64,000 nucleotides of DNA from Octopus bimaculoides (taxonomy: Eukaryota), in assembly GCF_001194135.2 (NCBI RefSeq), contig NC_068986.1, forward strand, positions 77,221,637 through 77,285,636, written 5' to 3'. The translations under genes were made by a program, and so were the position numbers. A model generated the notes under the pieces. That model did no database searches. It was given only the letters and a program-made list of their open reading frames with translations, and was not told the DNA's origin. Position 1 is the stretch's first letter. Every line of letters starts with the position of its first letter. Positions 25,040 to 39,254 of the stretch are shown piece after piece.

Positions 25040-25795
25040 AGTCACATGACCTACTAGAAATAGCAACCAAAATCTCTCAAATCACACCCTAACCAGCTTT
25101 AAAAAAAAAGTCATAGATGATATAATCCTGAAAAACATTATTCCTGAAAAACTAGCTATGATAATTGTTACTGGAATGCTTTTAATCAAAGACCTGCTCA
25201 ATCAGAGCCAAAAAATGGTGATCTCACTACTTCCAATGCTACAAAAAATGCACCCAATACACTGTAAACTGATTGGCATTTGGTAGAGCATCCAACCATT
25301 GAAACCATGACAAAGCAAGCATTGGAGCTTGACACAGCACTTGCAAGATCCTGTCAAATTGTTCAACCCTTGTCAGCACGGAAGATGGATGTTAAATGAT
25401 AATGATAGCAGTGGCGACAGCACTGAATCAGTTCTAAATTCTTGGTTTGAGTCCAAAGTAATCTCTACATAGAGTTTAAAAATGGAATGAAAAATGGGAG
25501 AGCTAGTAAGTATGAAGAAGCAAAGCAGTTGTAGCAAGAGAGACTCACACTGATGTTGGTGACAAAAGTAGATGAGACTATTTCAGGAAAGGGAGTTGTT
25601 GTTTAGTCCCAATTAAGCAAACTTATGATTAAAAGCATTTCAGTTGTGATCATCCCACTCTTTTAGGGAGGCATACTGCACTACATTACCTAATGCATCC
25701 TTTTCTTGTTTTAAACAGTAGGGTGTGATACAAAGGAGATTTGGTTGCTATTTCTATTACATCAGGCTACCATGTAGAGGCTCCCTTGTATTATA
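25040..25795. mobile_element. Inverted pair of a further SINE-like family (25040-25210 and 25575-25795)
   Basis: CTAGAAATAGCAACCAAAATCTCTCAAATCACACCCTA vs TAGGGTGTGATACAAAGGAGATTTGGTTGCTATTTCTA; other copies near 3120, 7290, 38720, 56520 and 61270. Confidence 0.65.
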
Positions 25796-26423
25796 TAGTG
25801 AGGTTTGTGAGCTGTAATTACATTGGACTAAAAATTAAGCCATTTTTTTCTTCTTGATATTTAATGATCAAATGACAGGAATTTAACAAAAGCAGTCAAT
25901 CACCTGACTAATTGCTTTACAGTATTCAATTTTATTGTTTTGTACTCTGGGTTCTACTTCTAATGCAAGTTTTCTTTCAAAATCATTGAAATAAGAACTA
26001 GGATATACTATGGCTGATTCAAAAGACTATATCTCATTGGCAAACATTGGCTTCTTACCTAATTCAAAATTAAATCACAGTTTCTTTGGAGTGAGCCTCT
26101 AAGTAGCCACTCCACCTGTTAGATAATGCAAACAAATTTCCTTCAAACAACAACTAACCACCTTAGGAAAAATAGAGCCATTTGAATTATACAGTTCTAG
26201 AAACAGTGTTTGGAAAGAAAACGGGATGGTCATGGCTGAAACACTTTGGTCATAGAACTGCTTGATCAGTGCTAACCTGTAGTTAAATAACAAGATTATG
26301 AACATGTGAAAGACCTCAACTGAAATGTCAGATAAAGAGGATTCTGTAGGCAGTTTATTAAATATAGTGTGTGTTTCTATCAGCTCTATACATTTTTAAA
26401 CTTTTTTTTTTCCTAATTTGCAG

Positions 26424-26586
26424 ATTTTCACTCATTGTCAGAATCTGATTCATCAAATTAGCCGGCGCAGTAAAAGTGGAACACCACAAGAGATTAAACT
26501 GTGCAAAAATATTGTTTCTTCTTTAGCCAGAACTATTCAAGAAATGTCAACCAACTTTAAAAGGTGTCAGTCGTCATATTTGCAGC
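26424..26586 (+). CDS. STX16: Syntaxin-16 exon 5 (Habc)
   Basis: TTTGCAG| IFTHCQNLIHQISRRSKSGTPQEIKLCKNIVSSLARTIQEMSTNFKRCQSSYLQ(R) |GTAAGT; 163 nt, phase 0 to 1. Confidence 0.95.
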
Positions 26587-27968
26587 GTAAGTTTGTTTTC
26601 TTTCTCTCGTTCTTTATTTATTTACATTTCATATTTATTTACATTTTTTCATGAGAAAGCATGGCCAGTATGCATGTGTGTCTGTGAGTATGTCTGTCTG
26701 TGTGTACTCCAGTTATTAAATGTGGCATTGAAATTGCTTACTATTTTTCTTTCATGTTTTAAAATCTCTTAATAGAGGGCTTTTGCTGATTTTTTTAAAA
26801 CTACATGAGAGAGAGGGACACACCTCTCTCTTTCTCTCCTATTACTCTCTCTTTTATCAACCTGCCTCACTTTTATTGCTCTTTCTTGGCCTCTCTGCTA
26901 TCTCTGTTCTTTTCATCCTATCTTTCTCCTATTTTACACTCTCTTCATTACTTTCCCTCTATCTCCCACCTACTCTTTTCACTCTGACTCTCCTAACACA
27001 CATTCTCTCTCCTGCATTACCCTTTCTTCTTTCTCCTTTTATTCAGGCCCAATTCTTTTACTCTCTCTTCTATCACTCTCTCACTCCGGGTATTTTTTCC
27101 TGTCACTCTTTCTTTTTCTCCACTACACCATGTGATAACAGCATATGGTGATACAAGTGATAGAAACTATCCTTTCCATACATCCACTTATGGGAAAAGA
27201 CAGGGACAAATTAACACAAACAACACAAGAGAGGACTATAGTCTTGTCAAGGATGAAACAACTGCTCTGTGCCTCATGTGTATGAGGCACCAGAGATAGC
27301 TGCATCTGATGCCTCTAACCTACAACGTTTCTATATGAACAGAGATATTATAGACTAGAGAACACTCTTTAAGCTTGCTAGGAACAAACCAGTTCCTTTG
27401 GTGCTGATGCAACAAAAAATATCTATAAAATAGTAGACAATAAGAGGAAGGGCTTCCAGCCATAAAAACTATGCCAAAAATGGAATGTATGAGTGTGTGT
27501 GTGTGTGTGCATGTGTATGTGTGTCTGTGTGTATGTATGTGCATGTGTTTTATGCACTCTTCTGTTCAGAATTAGCACGTTAATAGCCAATTATTCAATC
27601 AACTGAATGACCTTTTCATGGAATTAACATGAAAAGTGGCTGAGTACTCCACAGACACGTGTACCCTTAATTTAATTCTCAAGTAAAATCAGGGTCAATC
27701 AGGTGACATGACTGGACCTTTGAATTACAGGTATGTGATGGCTTCTGCACAGTTATATATCATTTTCATCGTTTAATGTCCACTTTTCCATGCTTGCAAG
27801 GAACTTGCTAAGGCAGGTTTTTCTACAGTTAGATGCCCTTTCTATTGTTGGCCCTCACTTGTCTCCAAGCAATTAAGTATTTTCCCATAGCCAGACAATT
27901 TTTGTATTACAGTGACGCTTGTTTACAGTTATCATATGATATCAAGATAAGAGAACTCAAAAACAGTT

Positions 27969-28111
<143 letters not shown>

Positions 28112-28176
28112 TACCTGTTGAATGTTTTGCTGCAACTATGTTACACTAGTAATTATCATATTTTCACAAATGGCAG

Positions 28177-28286
28177 GGCTAAAGATGAGAGAGGACCGAT
28201 CTCAGCAGTACTTTGATGCCAATATCAATGCTGATTCTGGCCTTTTTAATGATGATCTGTTACTAGAGGAAGAGATTTATGATAAG
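28177..28286 (+). CDS. STX16: Syntaxin-16 exon 6
   Basis: AAATGGCAG| (R)LKMREDRSQQYFDANINADSGLFNDDLLLEEEIYDK |GTAAGA; 110 nt, phase 1 to 0. Confidence 0.93.
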
Positions 28287-29672
28287 GTAAGAAACTCTCA
28301 TATATTTCAGTTATACTTATTTTGATGAGTCATGATTTTTTTTTTTTTTTTACATAAAAGTGGTCTGTTGACATCTTCATTTATAGGTAATGCAAATATA
28401 AATGGTCTATTCTGATTGACGGCTTAACAGACAGTAATACATCATCATCATCATTGCTTAACATCCACTTTTTACATTCTCATATGGGTCAGATGGAATT
28501 TGTTAAAGCAGATTTTCTATGGCCATATGCAGTTCCTGTCACCAACCCTCACCTGGAAAAGCAGGAAATGTAGCTTAGACCTGGTTAGATCAGATTACTT
28601 ATTATAAATATAATTTAAAATCATTTTAAGAAACAAAAATATTTTATATATATTATATATACTGTACATTAGTATTGAATTCACACCTATATGATATCAA
28701 GATTCAGTGATTATTTGCTAGATAAAATCAAAGTTCACAAGACTAAAAAGTCCTGTTACTTGGAAGGAAGATTAGGAGCTAGAATGGCTGCTTTATGCAA
28801 GATGTTGAGAGGAGAAATTATGATGGGAGGAGAAAGGACAGATTTGTTGTAGGGGTGGGGGTCATGGACAGCTCATACTTTACATGGGTGGGAGTGGTGT
28901 CTGGAGTAGTACCAGAAAGAGAAGTGAATATAGTGGTGATGAATTATCAGACTGTACCCTCAAGGTAACTTGTCCAAGAAGGTGAATGAAAAAGAGGAGA
29001 ATCCACAGGGTTGAGTGTGGAGTGAGAGAGAGAGAGAGCAATATAAACCTGAGGTGGAGGTGGTCAATGCTAAATATGAATGGGAGGAATGATGATAAAA
29101 ATGATGAGTGTCTGTCAATAGGGAAAAGCTTGAGGAGGGTGGATATGATATGGATTTTAGTTAGATTCTAATTTAATTATTTACTGCTGCAGAATGGAAC
29201 AGTAGTTAGGAAATTACTGAAGGGATAAATGATATGAGACATGAAGGGTAGGGTTAAGGATTTCAAGTGTAGAGAGAGATGGGTAAAATAAGAGTGAGGG
29301 TGAACAATGATAATAATTATGGTGAACGAGGGTAGAGGTGATAATAGTAAGAATGTGGAATGGATGTCTATAAAAAGTACACTGATGGTCCAAGGTTGTG
29401 ATATGTAAAAACAATATCTTCAGCTGGTAAAAACAATATCTTAATGACTTCTGTTCTTGTTTCTTAGTGCAATCTTAATAAATGCAGAACAATGAGTGCA
29501 TTAACAATTAACAGGTTGATATATATTGTCATTAAAATGCTTCTTAAATATTTGGATAAAAAATAAATTGGAACAAGTCGAAAATTATGTAATGTTTGTA
29601 ACTCCTTAAAACTTCATCATTTTTTTAAATATTAAATTACCTTCTCATTTAATATAATGTCAATATTTGTAG

Positions 29673-29816
29673 AGTTTCACAAGTGCCCAGAAGCAGCTTG
29701 TTGAAGACAACAGTGTTTTAATCCAACAAAGAGAGAACGAAATCATCAAAATTGTCTCATCCATCCAAGACTTGAATGAAATTTTCAAAGATTTATCCAC
29801 TATGATAGTGGATCAG
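29673..29816 (+). CDS. STX16: Syntaxin-16 exon 7 (Qa-SNARE motif, N-half)
   Basis: TTTGTAG| SFTSAQKQLVEDNSVLIQQRENEIIKIVSSIQDLNEIFKDLSTMIVDQ |GTCAGT; 144 nt, phase 0; ends with the zero-layer Q. Not in the ORF track. Confidence 0.95.
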
Positions 29817-30415
29817 GTCAGTTAAATTCCACTTTTTTTATAGCTTGATATTTATTGTAATCAGAATAATAATTGATTGCTTAAGATATTCTATTAAGGG
29901 CTCTGTTTTATTCTAATGGTCTTGTGTGCTTGTGTAAGGTATTCACTTCTCTCTATGGCTTTTGCTATCAATCTTCAGTGTTAGGCAAGTTAAAAAGAAA
30001 TATTCCAAGAATGCAGAACAAATGTCTGAATTAAAAAAATGATAAAACCTATTAAATTCATAACACAAAAAAAAAATTCTATATGAAAATGTTGTGGAAA
30101 AGCTTCAGTGAATTCTAATGAAACATTTCTATAATCTAGTGGGGAATGACTAAATGTCAAGTCAAACTTGAATGGTGACTTAACTATGCAGCTTTGCAGT
30201 TCTTTGTTTAATGCAGTGTAAATGTGGTAAGATTAGAACCTGATGTTATGAACTATCAAGGCTCATTAACTGTTAATTGTATACCATTGCAATGTTTTTC
30301 TTTTTTTTGGGGGGGGGGGGGTCATATTACTGACAGTCATACAAGATGTCATTTCTGTTTTGCATTACTGTCATGTCTGAATTTCTGATTCATGTTTGTT
30401 TGTTTCTTATTTCAG

Positions 30416-30598
30416 GGTACTATATTAGATCGTATTGACTACAATGTAGAAATGGCCAATGTTCAGGTGGAAAAAGGTTTGGTACAACTAAAGAAGGCTG
30501 AGACACATCAAAAGAAGAGCAGAAAAATGCTAATAATAACTGTTCTTTCAATTATCATTATCATTCTCATCATTATATTGATTGCCGTTAAACATTAA
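30416..30598 (+). CDS. STX16: Syntaxin-16 exon 8 (SNARE C-half and C-terminal transmembrane anchor)
   Basis: TTATTTCAG| [60 protein letters not shown]; spliced CDS totals 936 nt. Confidence 0.96.
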   Translation, partial: GTILDRIDYNVEMANVQVEKGLVQLKKAETHQKKSRKMLIITVLSIIIIILIIILIAVKH

Positions 30599-31990
30599 GG
30601 TAATGCTGCAGACAATCACATTGCTGAACTCACTCCATACAGACACTGATTTATTTTCTACTATATATCTTTTACTCTACATTACAAGGCACCATTTACT
30701 GCTGTGTGTCTTTCTAATTCATACCCTTTCCTTCAATAATAGTTAAATCCTATTATATCTGCTTAAGCAATTAGCTATGTTCAGCATAAACTGAGGTTAA
30801 TATCAGTGAGTTAGCCAGAAACATTGTCTTCCCACTGGGTACACAGATCTCATTGTCATATTAAAACAAGCCAGTTGCCAGTCAGTGGGATGGAAAATTA
30901 AAGTCAGTTGAAATAACACTTTAACTGTATGTATGTGCATGCACATCTGACAAAGCAACAGTGAAAAATATTTTTAAATAAATGTGAAGGGAATATCCAC
31001 AACAGTTTGATTCCACCAGGCTTCACATTGTAAGCACAGCAAAAAGGCATGATTATTGAAACAAGTGTATATAATATATACTTCTGGCTTTCTGTATCAT
31101 CTCAAAGATTATTGCCTTTTATATTATTTAAACTTTATTCTATTTAATCCAATATTTCTCAAATATAAGGTAATTTATTTATTAATTTATAGTATAGTAT
31201 TGTTACATTTCAAATGCGAAATTTTCTACAAAAATGCTAACATTTTATCAGCTAAAATATATGTGCTAAATTTCTTGCATAAAATGTAGAAAAATCTGAA
31301 GATTTTGAAAATGAATTTAAAAAGCAACTGCTTGAATATACAGATACTCTTTTGTTATTCTACTAAAAAAAAAAGATAAAAATGGTGCACCAACATGCTG
31401 GTTTGGGGGACCAACAGTTTATTTATTATACATATGTGTCACCTAAAAAATACTGTAAAGGTGAAATACTGGCTGGATGAACAATTTACTGAATCACCAA
31501 TTTCATGCTTACATTTTTGTGAATTAGAAATTTTTGTTCTTTTTATATTTGAGAAATTTTATTATAGAGAAAGGCTGTGGTTCTGTGCATGAAGCAAGAA
31601 TGTTGTTATGTACTTGTGTGTGAAGTGAGAGTGTTGTTTACTTGTGTATAAGGTAAAGTGTACATGTGAAGAATTAGCAAAAACTTTTGACATTTCCAGA
31701 CACATTTTTTTTAAAACTTGTTTTTAATTTTTCTAGTATTGTGAAAGTGTAATTAGATAGCAGCTAGTAAATGTTACCACGCCTTAGTGGCATTGCATTC
31801 TGGTTAGATACCAACTGATAAACTCTACCACTTATTGGTATAAGCAGTATTGTTACACAACAACAAGTAAACTGCTTTGCTTGTGTAGAAAATATTAACT
31901 ACCATCTAGTAAACAACACAACTTTAGATTGGTGAACTGTATTCCTCTATACTGGTAAGAGCAATGTGATAACAACAGCTGGCATTTACT

Positions 31991-32029
<39 letters not shown>

Positions 32030-33246
32030 CATTATTGTAGAGTAAATGTCTCTTTTCTGATTTTTTTTTCCAGTCAGCTAATTACTGATCTACTTAAGAC
32101 TTTGAGTACACCAACCTGGTGAATTCAGATTGATTACAGTGATGTTTTTTTTTATTTTAAAAAGAAACTTGTTGAATATCCTGAATAGCAGCCTTCTCCC
32201 AAAACTGAGGGAATTAGTGTAAGATTAGTGTTTGTTTTCCTCTTCTACTGGATAAAACTTTGAGCTAGAGAAATATCTTGATGTTGTGCATCTAAATTTG
32301 CACATGTAATCAAGTACTTTAGCATAGCGAATGTGAGTGGGTGTTATTTTGAAAAAAATCTTCATCGTTTCTCTATATTTTTGTATATAATTGTCATGGG
32401 TGATGTACCATATTTAATAATGAAGATTTTATGAAAATGAAGAATTTTAAATCTTAATCATAGATTTTGTTGTTTTGTTTTTTTCTCTTTCTTTAAAAAA
32501 ATAATGATGACAGTATCAAACATATTGTAAAATATATATTGTATTTCAGATTTACCTGCACTTTGTTTTAGCTTGATTTTATTTTTGGACAGAACAGTGA
32601 GACAAAGATTCTTTAACTAAAGCAGTATAAATTGTTACAATATTCTTTTCTCTGTCTTTTGACACATGCACATATGTTTATGTATTTGGGAATACATTCC
32701 ATAAATCAAGCTGACCTCAAGCAGAGAACAAAAGCTTAAAACCGGGTAGAGTTGGGAGATTCAACTGCATTTTTTTTTTTGCAAAATAATCAGAGGACTC
32801 AGAAGAAATTATTGTTAATGAAAGCTGAGTAATAACAGAAATTCATTTTGTTCCAAGTGTTGTTCATGTACACAAACATACACTTTCTTTTTTTTTTTTT
32901 TTCAAAATAGAAGAAATAGTTTGCATTTTAAAGCTGGAAATATATTTTCTGACTTTTCAGAAATATTTTATACCAAGACAACATTCATGAGCAATTTTAG
33001 ATTTCATTGAACTTAGTTTTATGTCAATCATCAAAAATGTAGCATTTATTAGTAGTGTAGGACTACATGTCCCTGTCCTCAATTGATTCCATGTGGATTG
33101 GTGTCAGTTGTAAACTCTGTGTGTGTGTGTAAAACCTGCTTAATTTTACAATGGTTACAAAATGGAACAGCTGTCACTATACATTTGACAGGTTGAAGCT
33201 TTTATCAATTTTCAACAGATTAACACGGCCGGACTTAAAAAATAAA
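30599..33246 (+). other. Candidate STX16 3' UTR
   Basis: About 2.6 kb with no recognisable transposon fragment; AATAAA at 30977 and 33241; SINEs resume at ~33345. Confidence 0.4.
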
Positions 33247-33499
33247 CAACTATTGATTTAATAATCAGTCGGGAACAATTGCTTCTAATTTGTTTTTTTT
33301 CTGTTTTAGTAATTAATCTCTTTAAAGACCAATATATGATAATGATTTCTAACATTGACACTCAGCCTGAAATTCTGGGGATGAATATTATCGATTGATT
33401 ATAATTGACCCTAGTATTTGGTTGGTACTTATTTTATTGTCCCTTCCTACTTTCAGGAAGTTGAATAATAAAGTCAGTCCCAGTAGGAATATAGTTCAA

Positions 33500-34870
33500 T
33501 ATAGTTACTTAGTAAATCAAGAATTTCTCAGCATTCCTGACATGTCATCCATGACATTTTAAAACTCTTGTATTGTGCATCCTGTGTCTTCTAGTAATTG
33601 GTTGATGTAGATTTTTGATAGTCTATGTCTTCCCTGTTTACCATGAGAAGATTGTCACAGAAGAACTTCAACTATTAGCTTCTTCTTGTTACATTAACTG
33701 TGACCAATAGATCTCAGCCTGTGTTTTTGTATTGTCCCTGAGATATATGGAATGTCTTGGTATAGCTCTTTGTCAGTCATGTATTGACACCAAGCAACAT
33801 TTAGAACAGTATGGAGCATTCTGATGTACATGTCATTCAGAATTTTCTTCATAGGAGCTGTAAGTATCCATGTTATTGAACCATAAGTTAAAGTAGATTC
33901 AACTGCAACTCTGAAAAAGTCTATTTTAGTTCTTTGCTGAAAATCAAATTTCTATATCTTATCCAAAAAATGTTAAGCACTCCTCATGCTTTACTGATTT
34001 TCATATTACACTTGGATTTGGAAATATGACTGCCAAGGTATTTGTAATTCTCTGCCTTTTTTAATTTCCTCTCTATTCACAGAGTGCAAGATTTCTGTTT
34101 TATTCTGATTGTGAGGCCTATATGCTATTTTAGCAGCACTAATAAATAGTCCACTTTCACTGGTATTTTTCTCCAGATCATATAAGAGGACATTGTTCAC
34201 TGATTATTACCAGATTGCCACACAATCTGCATCCATAATTTTCTTGGTAGGATATCTATTACTTTTTCTCTGCAAAAGAGTCAAACCAGGTAATTTGTTT
34301 GAGTCCAGTGCTTTCTTTAGTACATAGTTAAGGCATATGATGAAAAAGAATAATGCAACTGTCTCTATCTGCTGAATGAAATTTAGCTTTAATGTTCTGA
34401 TATAACATTTGCAATTACTTTAGGAATGCCATAAGGTAGCAATATCTCTCATTTCCCTCTATGAATTGAACCATAGGCTTTTGTGAAATCAATGAAAAGT
34501 AGAACAGCCGATATATTCTCTTTCACATCTTCAATGGGGGCAATATTGATCTTGTCTTTCCTGAAGAACTCAACATAAAGAAGGGTTCTTTCACCATCGA
34601 TGAATTGCAAGACACCCTCAAATCAATCCAGTATGGTAAAGCATGCAGTCTGGATGGAATCCCTGTAGAGGTGTGGAAACTGGTAAAATTCAACAATATG
34701 CTCTTAGAGGCCTGCAATGCTGTATACCAGCAAAGAGCAATAGTTAGCTGTAGAGAAGGTTGTATCATACCAGTGCTCAGAAAAGAGACTTAGGTTTTAT
34801 GAATAACTACCATGACTCAACATTGCTAATATCTACAACTTAATGCTACTGAAAAGAATCACATCCAAGT
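33500..34870 (-). mobile_element. RTE-X-like LINE fragment with inverted 5' segment
   Basis: Minus 34510 to 33500: AVLLFIDFTKAYGSIHRGK..DFFRVAVESTLTYGSITWILT..LNDMYIRMLHTVLNVAW. Plus 34510-34870: ELQDTLKSIQYGKACSLDGIPVEVWK..IIPV..IYNLMLLKRI. Confidence 0.7.
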
Positions 34871-36059
34871 TTGAAATAAATCAATGATAGGTAATGACTT
34901 AGTTAAAGGAAAATGGGCAGCACTCTTTTCTTTTGGCAAGATATCAAATTTTGAAGCAGCGTGAATTGATTCAGTATGTATTTTTTAAATAATTTTTTTG
35001 CTGATGATTTTGTTAGAGTTCATCTATCTGGTTTGTTTCTTGTAAGTGTCTAGGTTTATCAGCATTTTTCAAATGATTCCTAAGGAAATTATAACTAGCA
35101 AAAGTTTGTCAGAGATATGCACCCTCTCATAGAGGCATCTATTCTTGAGCTACATACTAATTTGCAGTGTTTTCATAACCTATTATATCTCATTTGATTT
35201 GTTATAATATTTAAATTTATAATTGCTCAAATGTAAGTTATTAATTATCAATTTCAGAAAAGATGTAGTGTAGTCAAATAAAGCAGAGCTGTCCTCCCAA
35301 TGTTGGCAGAAATGATGAAGCAATTCACTATATGCTTTACAATATTTATTTCTGTCACTGTAGGTTCTGCATTTAAATTCAGCTGAAATTAACTTTGCCT
35401 TTTATCCTTTCATGGTTGAAACCAAATATATCTATTTCGTTCCTTGTATAAAACTAAGTATATCTATCTCCTTCCTCGAAAATAATCAGTTTTTTGCCAA
35501 GTCAAAGAAATCATTATTTAAGAATTTACACTTTTCTTAAATAACTGTTTAATATTGGGTGTAATGCATTCAAAGGCTAAAATTGTTGGCAATTTTTGTA
35601 ATCTTTTGTAAATTATATTTGCAACAGATTTTATAGTAAATTTCCTCATCATATATACTATAGATGTGGTCAAGTAATTTTACTTGAATAATTCTATAAA
35701 TACTGATGAATTCTATGGTATCTGTTTCTTTCAATATCAGATGGCAGCTGAGATTTTATTGCAGTGTTTATTCAATGTTCTTGTTAAATAGCTCCAGCTT
35801 GTTCTACATAAGTAGATCAGTGGTAGTCAATCACACACTTAAGAATAGTGAGAGATTCAGTACCCTACACATGTAGATATATGTAACATGTAAAATTGGT
35901 TTGGACTTCAGTGTTCTAGCTGTGGCCATTTCATTAACACTTTAGTATGAATAGAAATCATATCTTAAAAACGGTAGTGTGTTATGGGAGGAGTATATCA
36001 AGTGGTTGCAATGGAGCTCATTCATTAAATTGATTTATTTGAAAGAAGTTAATGTAAAA

Positions 36060-36222
36060 TATCTTTTATCTTTTATTTGTTTCAGTCATTGGACTGTGGC
36101 CATAATGGGGCACTACCTTGAAGGGTTTAGTTGAACAAATTGACTGCAGTACTTATTTTGTCATACTCTTTTGCCAAACTGTAAAGTTACTGGGACATAA
36201 ACAAACACACACACACATACAT

Positions 36223-36264
<42 letters not shown>

Positions 36265-36425
36265 ACAGATTTCTACACAGTTTCCATCTACCAAATTCCT
36301 TCACAAGGCATTGGTCAACCCAGGGCTACAGTAGAAGACATTTGCCCAAGTTTCCACATAGTGAGACTGAACCAGAAACCATGGTTGCAAAGTGTGCTTC
36401 TTAACCACATGGCTGTACATGCACT
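36060..36425 (-). mobile_element. Meta-like and CORE-like SINE fragments around a (TA)n tract
   Basis: Similar to the copies at 8300-8865. Confidence 0.6.
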
Positions 36426-36790
36426 TATACTGTAAGCTTATCATTTTAAAGGTCTAAATTTTTTTTAATGTAAAGGAGAGTCTAGAACAATTAGCAACAA
36501 ATTCTTTTCCTTCTTTCTGTGATTCTTTGCATTTTAATTCCTTGGTGAGAGGATTTAATTCATTATATCATGATATATGTGAAAATATAAACAACATGGC
36601 TACAGACAGCATCTGTAGGACATAATAAGTAATAACAAAACTGTTAAAGTCTATATTATAACCACCCCTCCTCTTCCTTTATACTTAAACAACAGTCTTT
36701 ATGATTGCCTTAAATAATACCTTGCTGTGGCTGTTGTGTTCCTTTTATTATTTCTTTCTCTACCCTTTAGATGTCTTGTTGGTCTTTTAA

Positions 36791-37005
36791 CTCTTTATCA
36801 TTCAGCTTTCTTTATTGAATGTAATGCTTGTTTATTCACATTGTTTTGAATTAATCATGCATTATCTCATGACTTTGAGATTTCAATGATGTGATTGTTT
36901 AATTTTACAATAACCAAGTAGGGTAGATTGAGAAACTGGACATGTTCAGTTTGAAGATAAAACAGATTATTTGGGCCAGATATGGCTGGTTTAAAAGCTA
37001 ATGAG
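36791..37005. mobile_element. piggyBac-type MITE (degenerate)
   Basis: TTAA|CTCTTTATCATT..AAAGCTAATGAG|TTAT: TTAA target site with CCCTTT-like TIR. Confidence 0.5.
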
Positions 37006-37364
37006 TTATTGCATTGTCATTGTTTCTTTAATAAGGATTTATTATCATTATCATTGCATTTTAGAACTTATCTATATGAAACCGTTGTTTTATTAAACTG
37101 GCTGCTTGTTTATTCTTTGCAAAAGAAATAGATAAAAGAATAGGGAACAAATTAAGTTAAATGACTACAGCTGAAATCTTTGCTTTGAAATATAATTTCA
37201 AACTTCATAAAAAATGTTGGTATAATTTTATCTAAAATTATTACATTAGTGTTTTGGCTCAAAGTGGTGGTAGAAAATTTCATGAAAATCTTGAATATAA
37301 TGCCAGAAATCCAGTCCTCACAATCAATAAGATATTGTTTTTTTAAACTACTTTCAGAAAGCAA

Positions 37365-37463
37365 TGTATACATACATCCTGAACAGTGTATATATATATA
37401 TACATCCTGAACAGTGTATATATATATATATATATCCTGAACAGTATATATACATCCTGAACA

Positions 37464-37517
<54 letters not shown>

Positions 37518-37527
37518 NNNNNNNNNN

Positions 37528-37570
<43 letters not shown>
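37365..37570 (+). repeat. Four ATACATCCTGAACAGTG units separated by (TA)n, then (CT)n
   Basis: Read directly. Confidence 0.9.
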
Positions 37571-37573
<3 letters not shown>

Positions 37574-38379
37574 TGCATGCATGCACACAAAACTATCAGA
37601 TAACGTATTGCACGTCTAATATTTCTCTAGAGATTTTACATAAACTTGTCTGGGATACTTTGAAAAAATTTTTTTTTTTTCGACATTTCATATATTTTTT
37701 TCACTTCAGTCTTATTTATTGTTAAGAATTCTTTGTTATTTATTTCAATCCCTTCCTATTTGTTGTTATTAATTCCATGTTTGAGATGAAGGAAAAAGAA
37801 GTGTTGTGAGAATGTCTCTATTGGAACAAATTACCAATGTTACAAGAATGAAAAAAAAAAAATCAATGTCATTCTAACTAGAGCCAATAAATATACTATT
37901 TTTAATGACTATTAGACTAACATTGTTCATTTTCATTAATTTGCCAATTCGTGACATATTAATATAGCTATCTACTTATAAAATTAAAACAGCATCATAG
38001 TTCATTCTAGTCAAGATACTGTCAGTAGTTATAACTGAAATAATCAATTAAAAATGTAGGCCAACTGCATAATTTAACAAGATAGTCACCATCATTGTAT
38101 ACTGATATAATCAGACTAACATGTTCATCTTGGTTGTTATTGTCATGCTTTAGTTATTGTACCATCCAATCTTCTTAAGATGTCTGTCATATTTAGCAAT
38201 GTTTTCAGAATTTCGAACTGAATTAAATATTTGTGGGTAGATTTTTCTCATTCCATTGTCTATATCCGGGATATTCTCTGTCCCATTGAGATATTGCATA
38301 TAAGTGTTGATTACCTTGTAGGCATGTGTTCAAATTCCTAGGTCAGTCTTTCTACATGTAATTTTATGTCAGAGCGAGC

Positions 38380-38610
38380 AAGCAACATTGCAAGTAGGAG
38401 AATAACTGATATGAACAATAGAATAAAAACAATCTGTGGATTTAATAAAGAGTTTAGTTCAAAATTCTGAGAATGTTACTGAATAAGACAGGCACTTGAA
38501 GAAGGCCAGAGAATATGATAGTCAAAACAGACTACAACAACCAAGGAGAGAACACTAGTCTGAATATGTCAGTGTATAATAATTATAATTCATTATCTCA
38601 GAAATTCAGA
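38380..38610 (+). mobile_element. Possible Penelope-like element 3' remnant
   Basis: TTGAAGAAGGCCAGAG..GTCAAAAC..ACAACAA..GAGAACACTAGTC resembles the GAAGAAG..CGAAAC terminal motif of Penelope-like elements; weak. Confidence 0.3.
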
Positions 38611-39254
38611 TAAAAAGATAGTCACAATTTATCAATATCTTGAGATTAATAAACTAAGGATTAGTTACATAAGTGGGATAAGGATTCAAATATGAGTCCA
38701 TATTTGACATTGAGTTTTTTATTACCACGAAAGGTTTTATTGATTAATTGAGCTAATAGAGGGGGTTTCTATGTGGTTAGTCATAGAGACTGGATAATGT
38801 TACCCTGGCTATAAAAAAAGATGGAGTGGTCAAGGCTAGAATATCATTGATTACAGGTTTGCTCAATAAAGACTAACCTACAGTGAAACTTTCGCAATAC
38901 CAATTGGTCTATATGATTGACTGAAATGTTATCTAGCTTTATATTCACAGGAAAAATCTAAAACATTCATAACATTCTAAAATATTTTATTTTTTAAGTT
39001 TATAATTTACAAATTACTATGTCATATGTTTTTGTTAACTTTATGGCTTGCCTTTATAAATGAATCCCCTATTTCACCATCAAACTGACTATTCAGTTGC
39101 AAACCTTTTTTAATTTCCTTACATTTCATTTAACTCCGATTACTTTAGTACTTAAAAGAATCAGACTTATTGTCATACAGACAATGCGTCTTAATTTATG
39201 CAGTGAGCTAAATTTTTATACTGGCTCTGATTTGTAATATTATTTTCTACTCTA

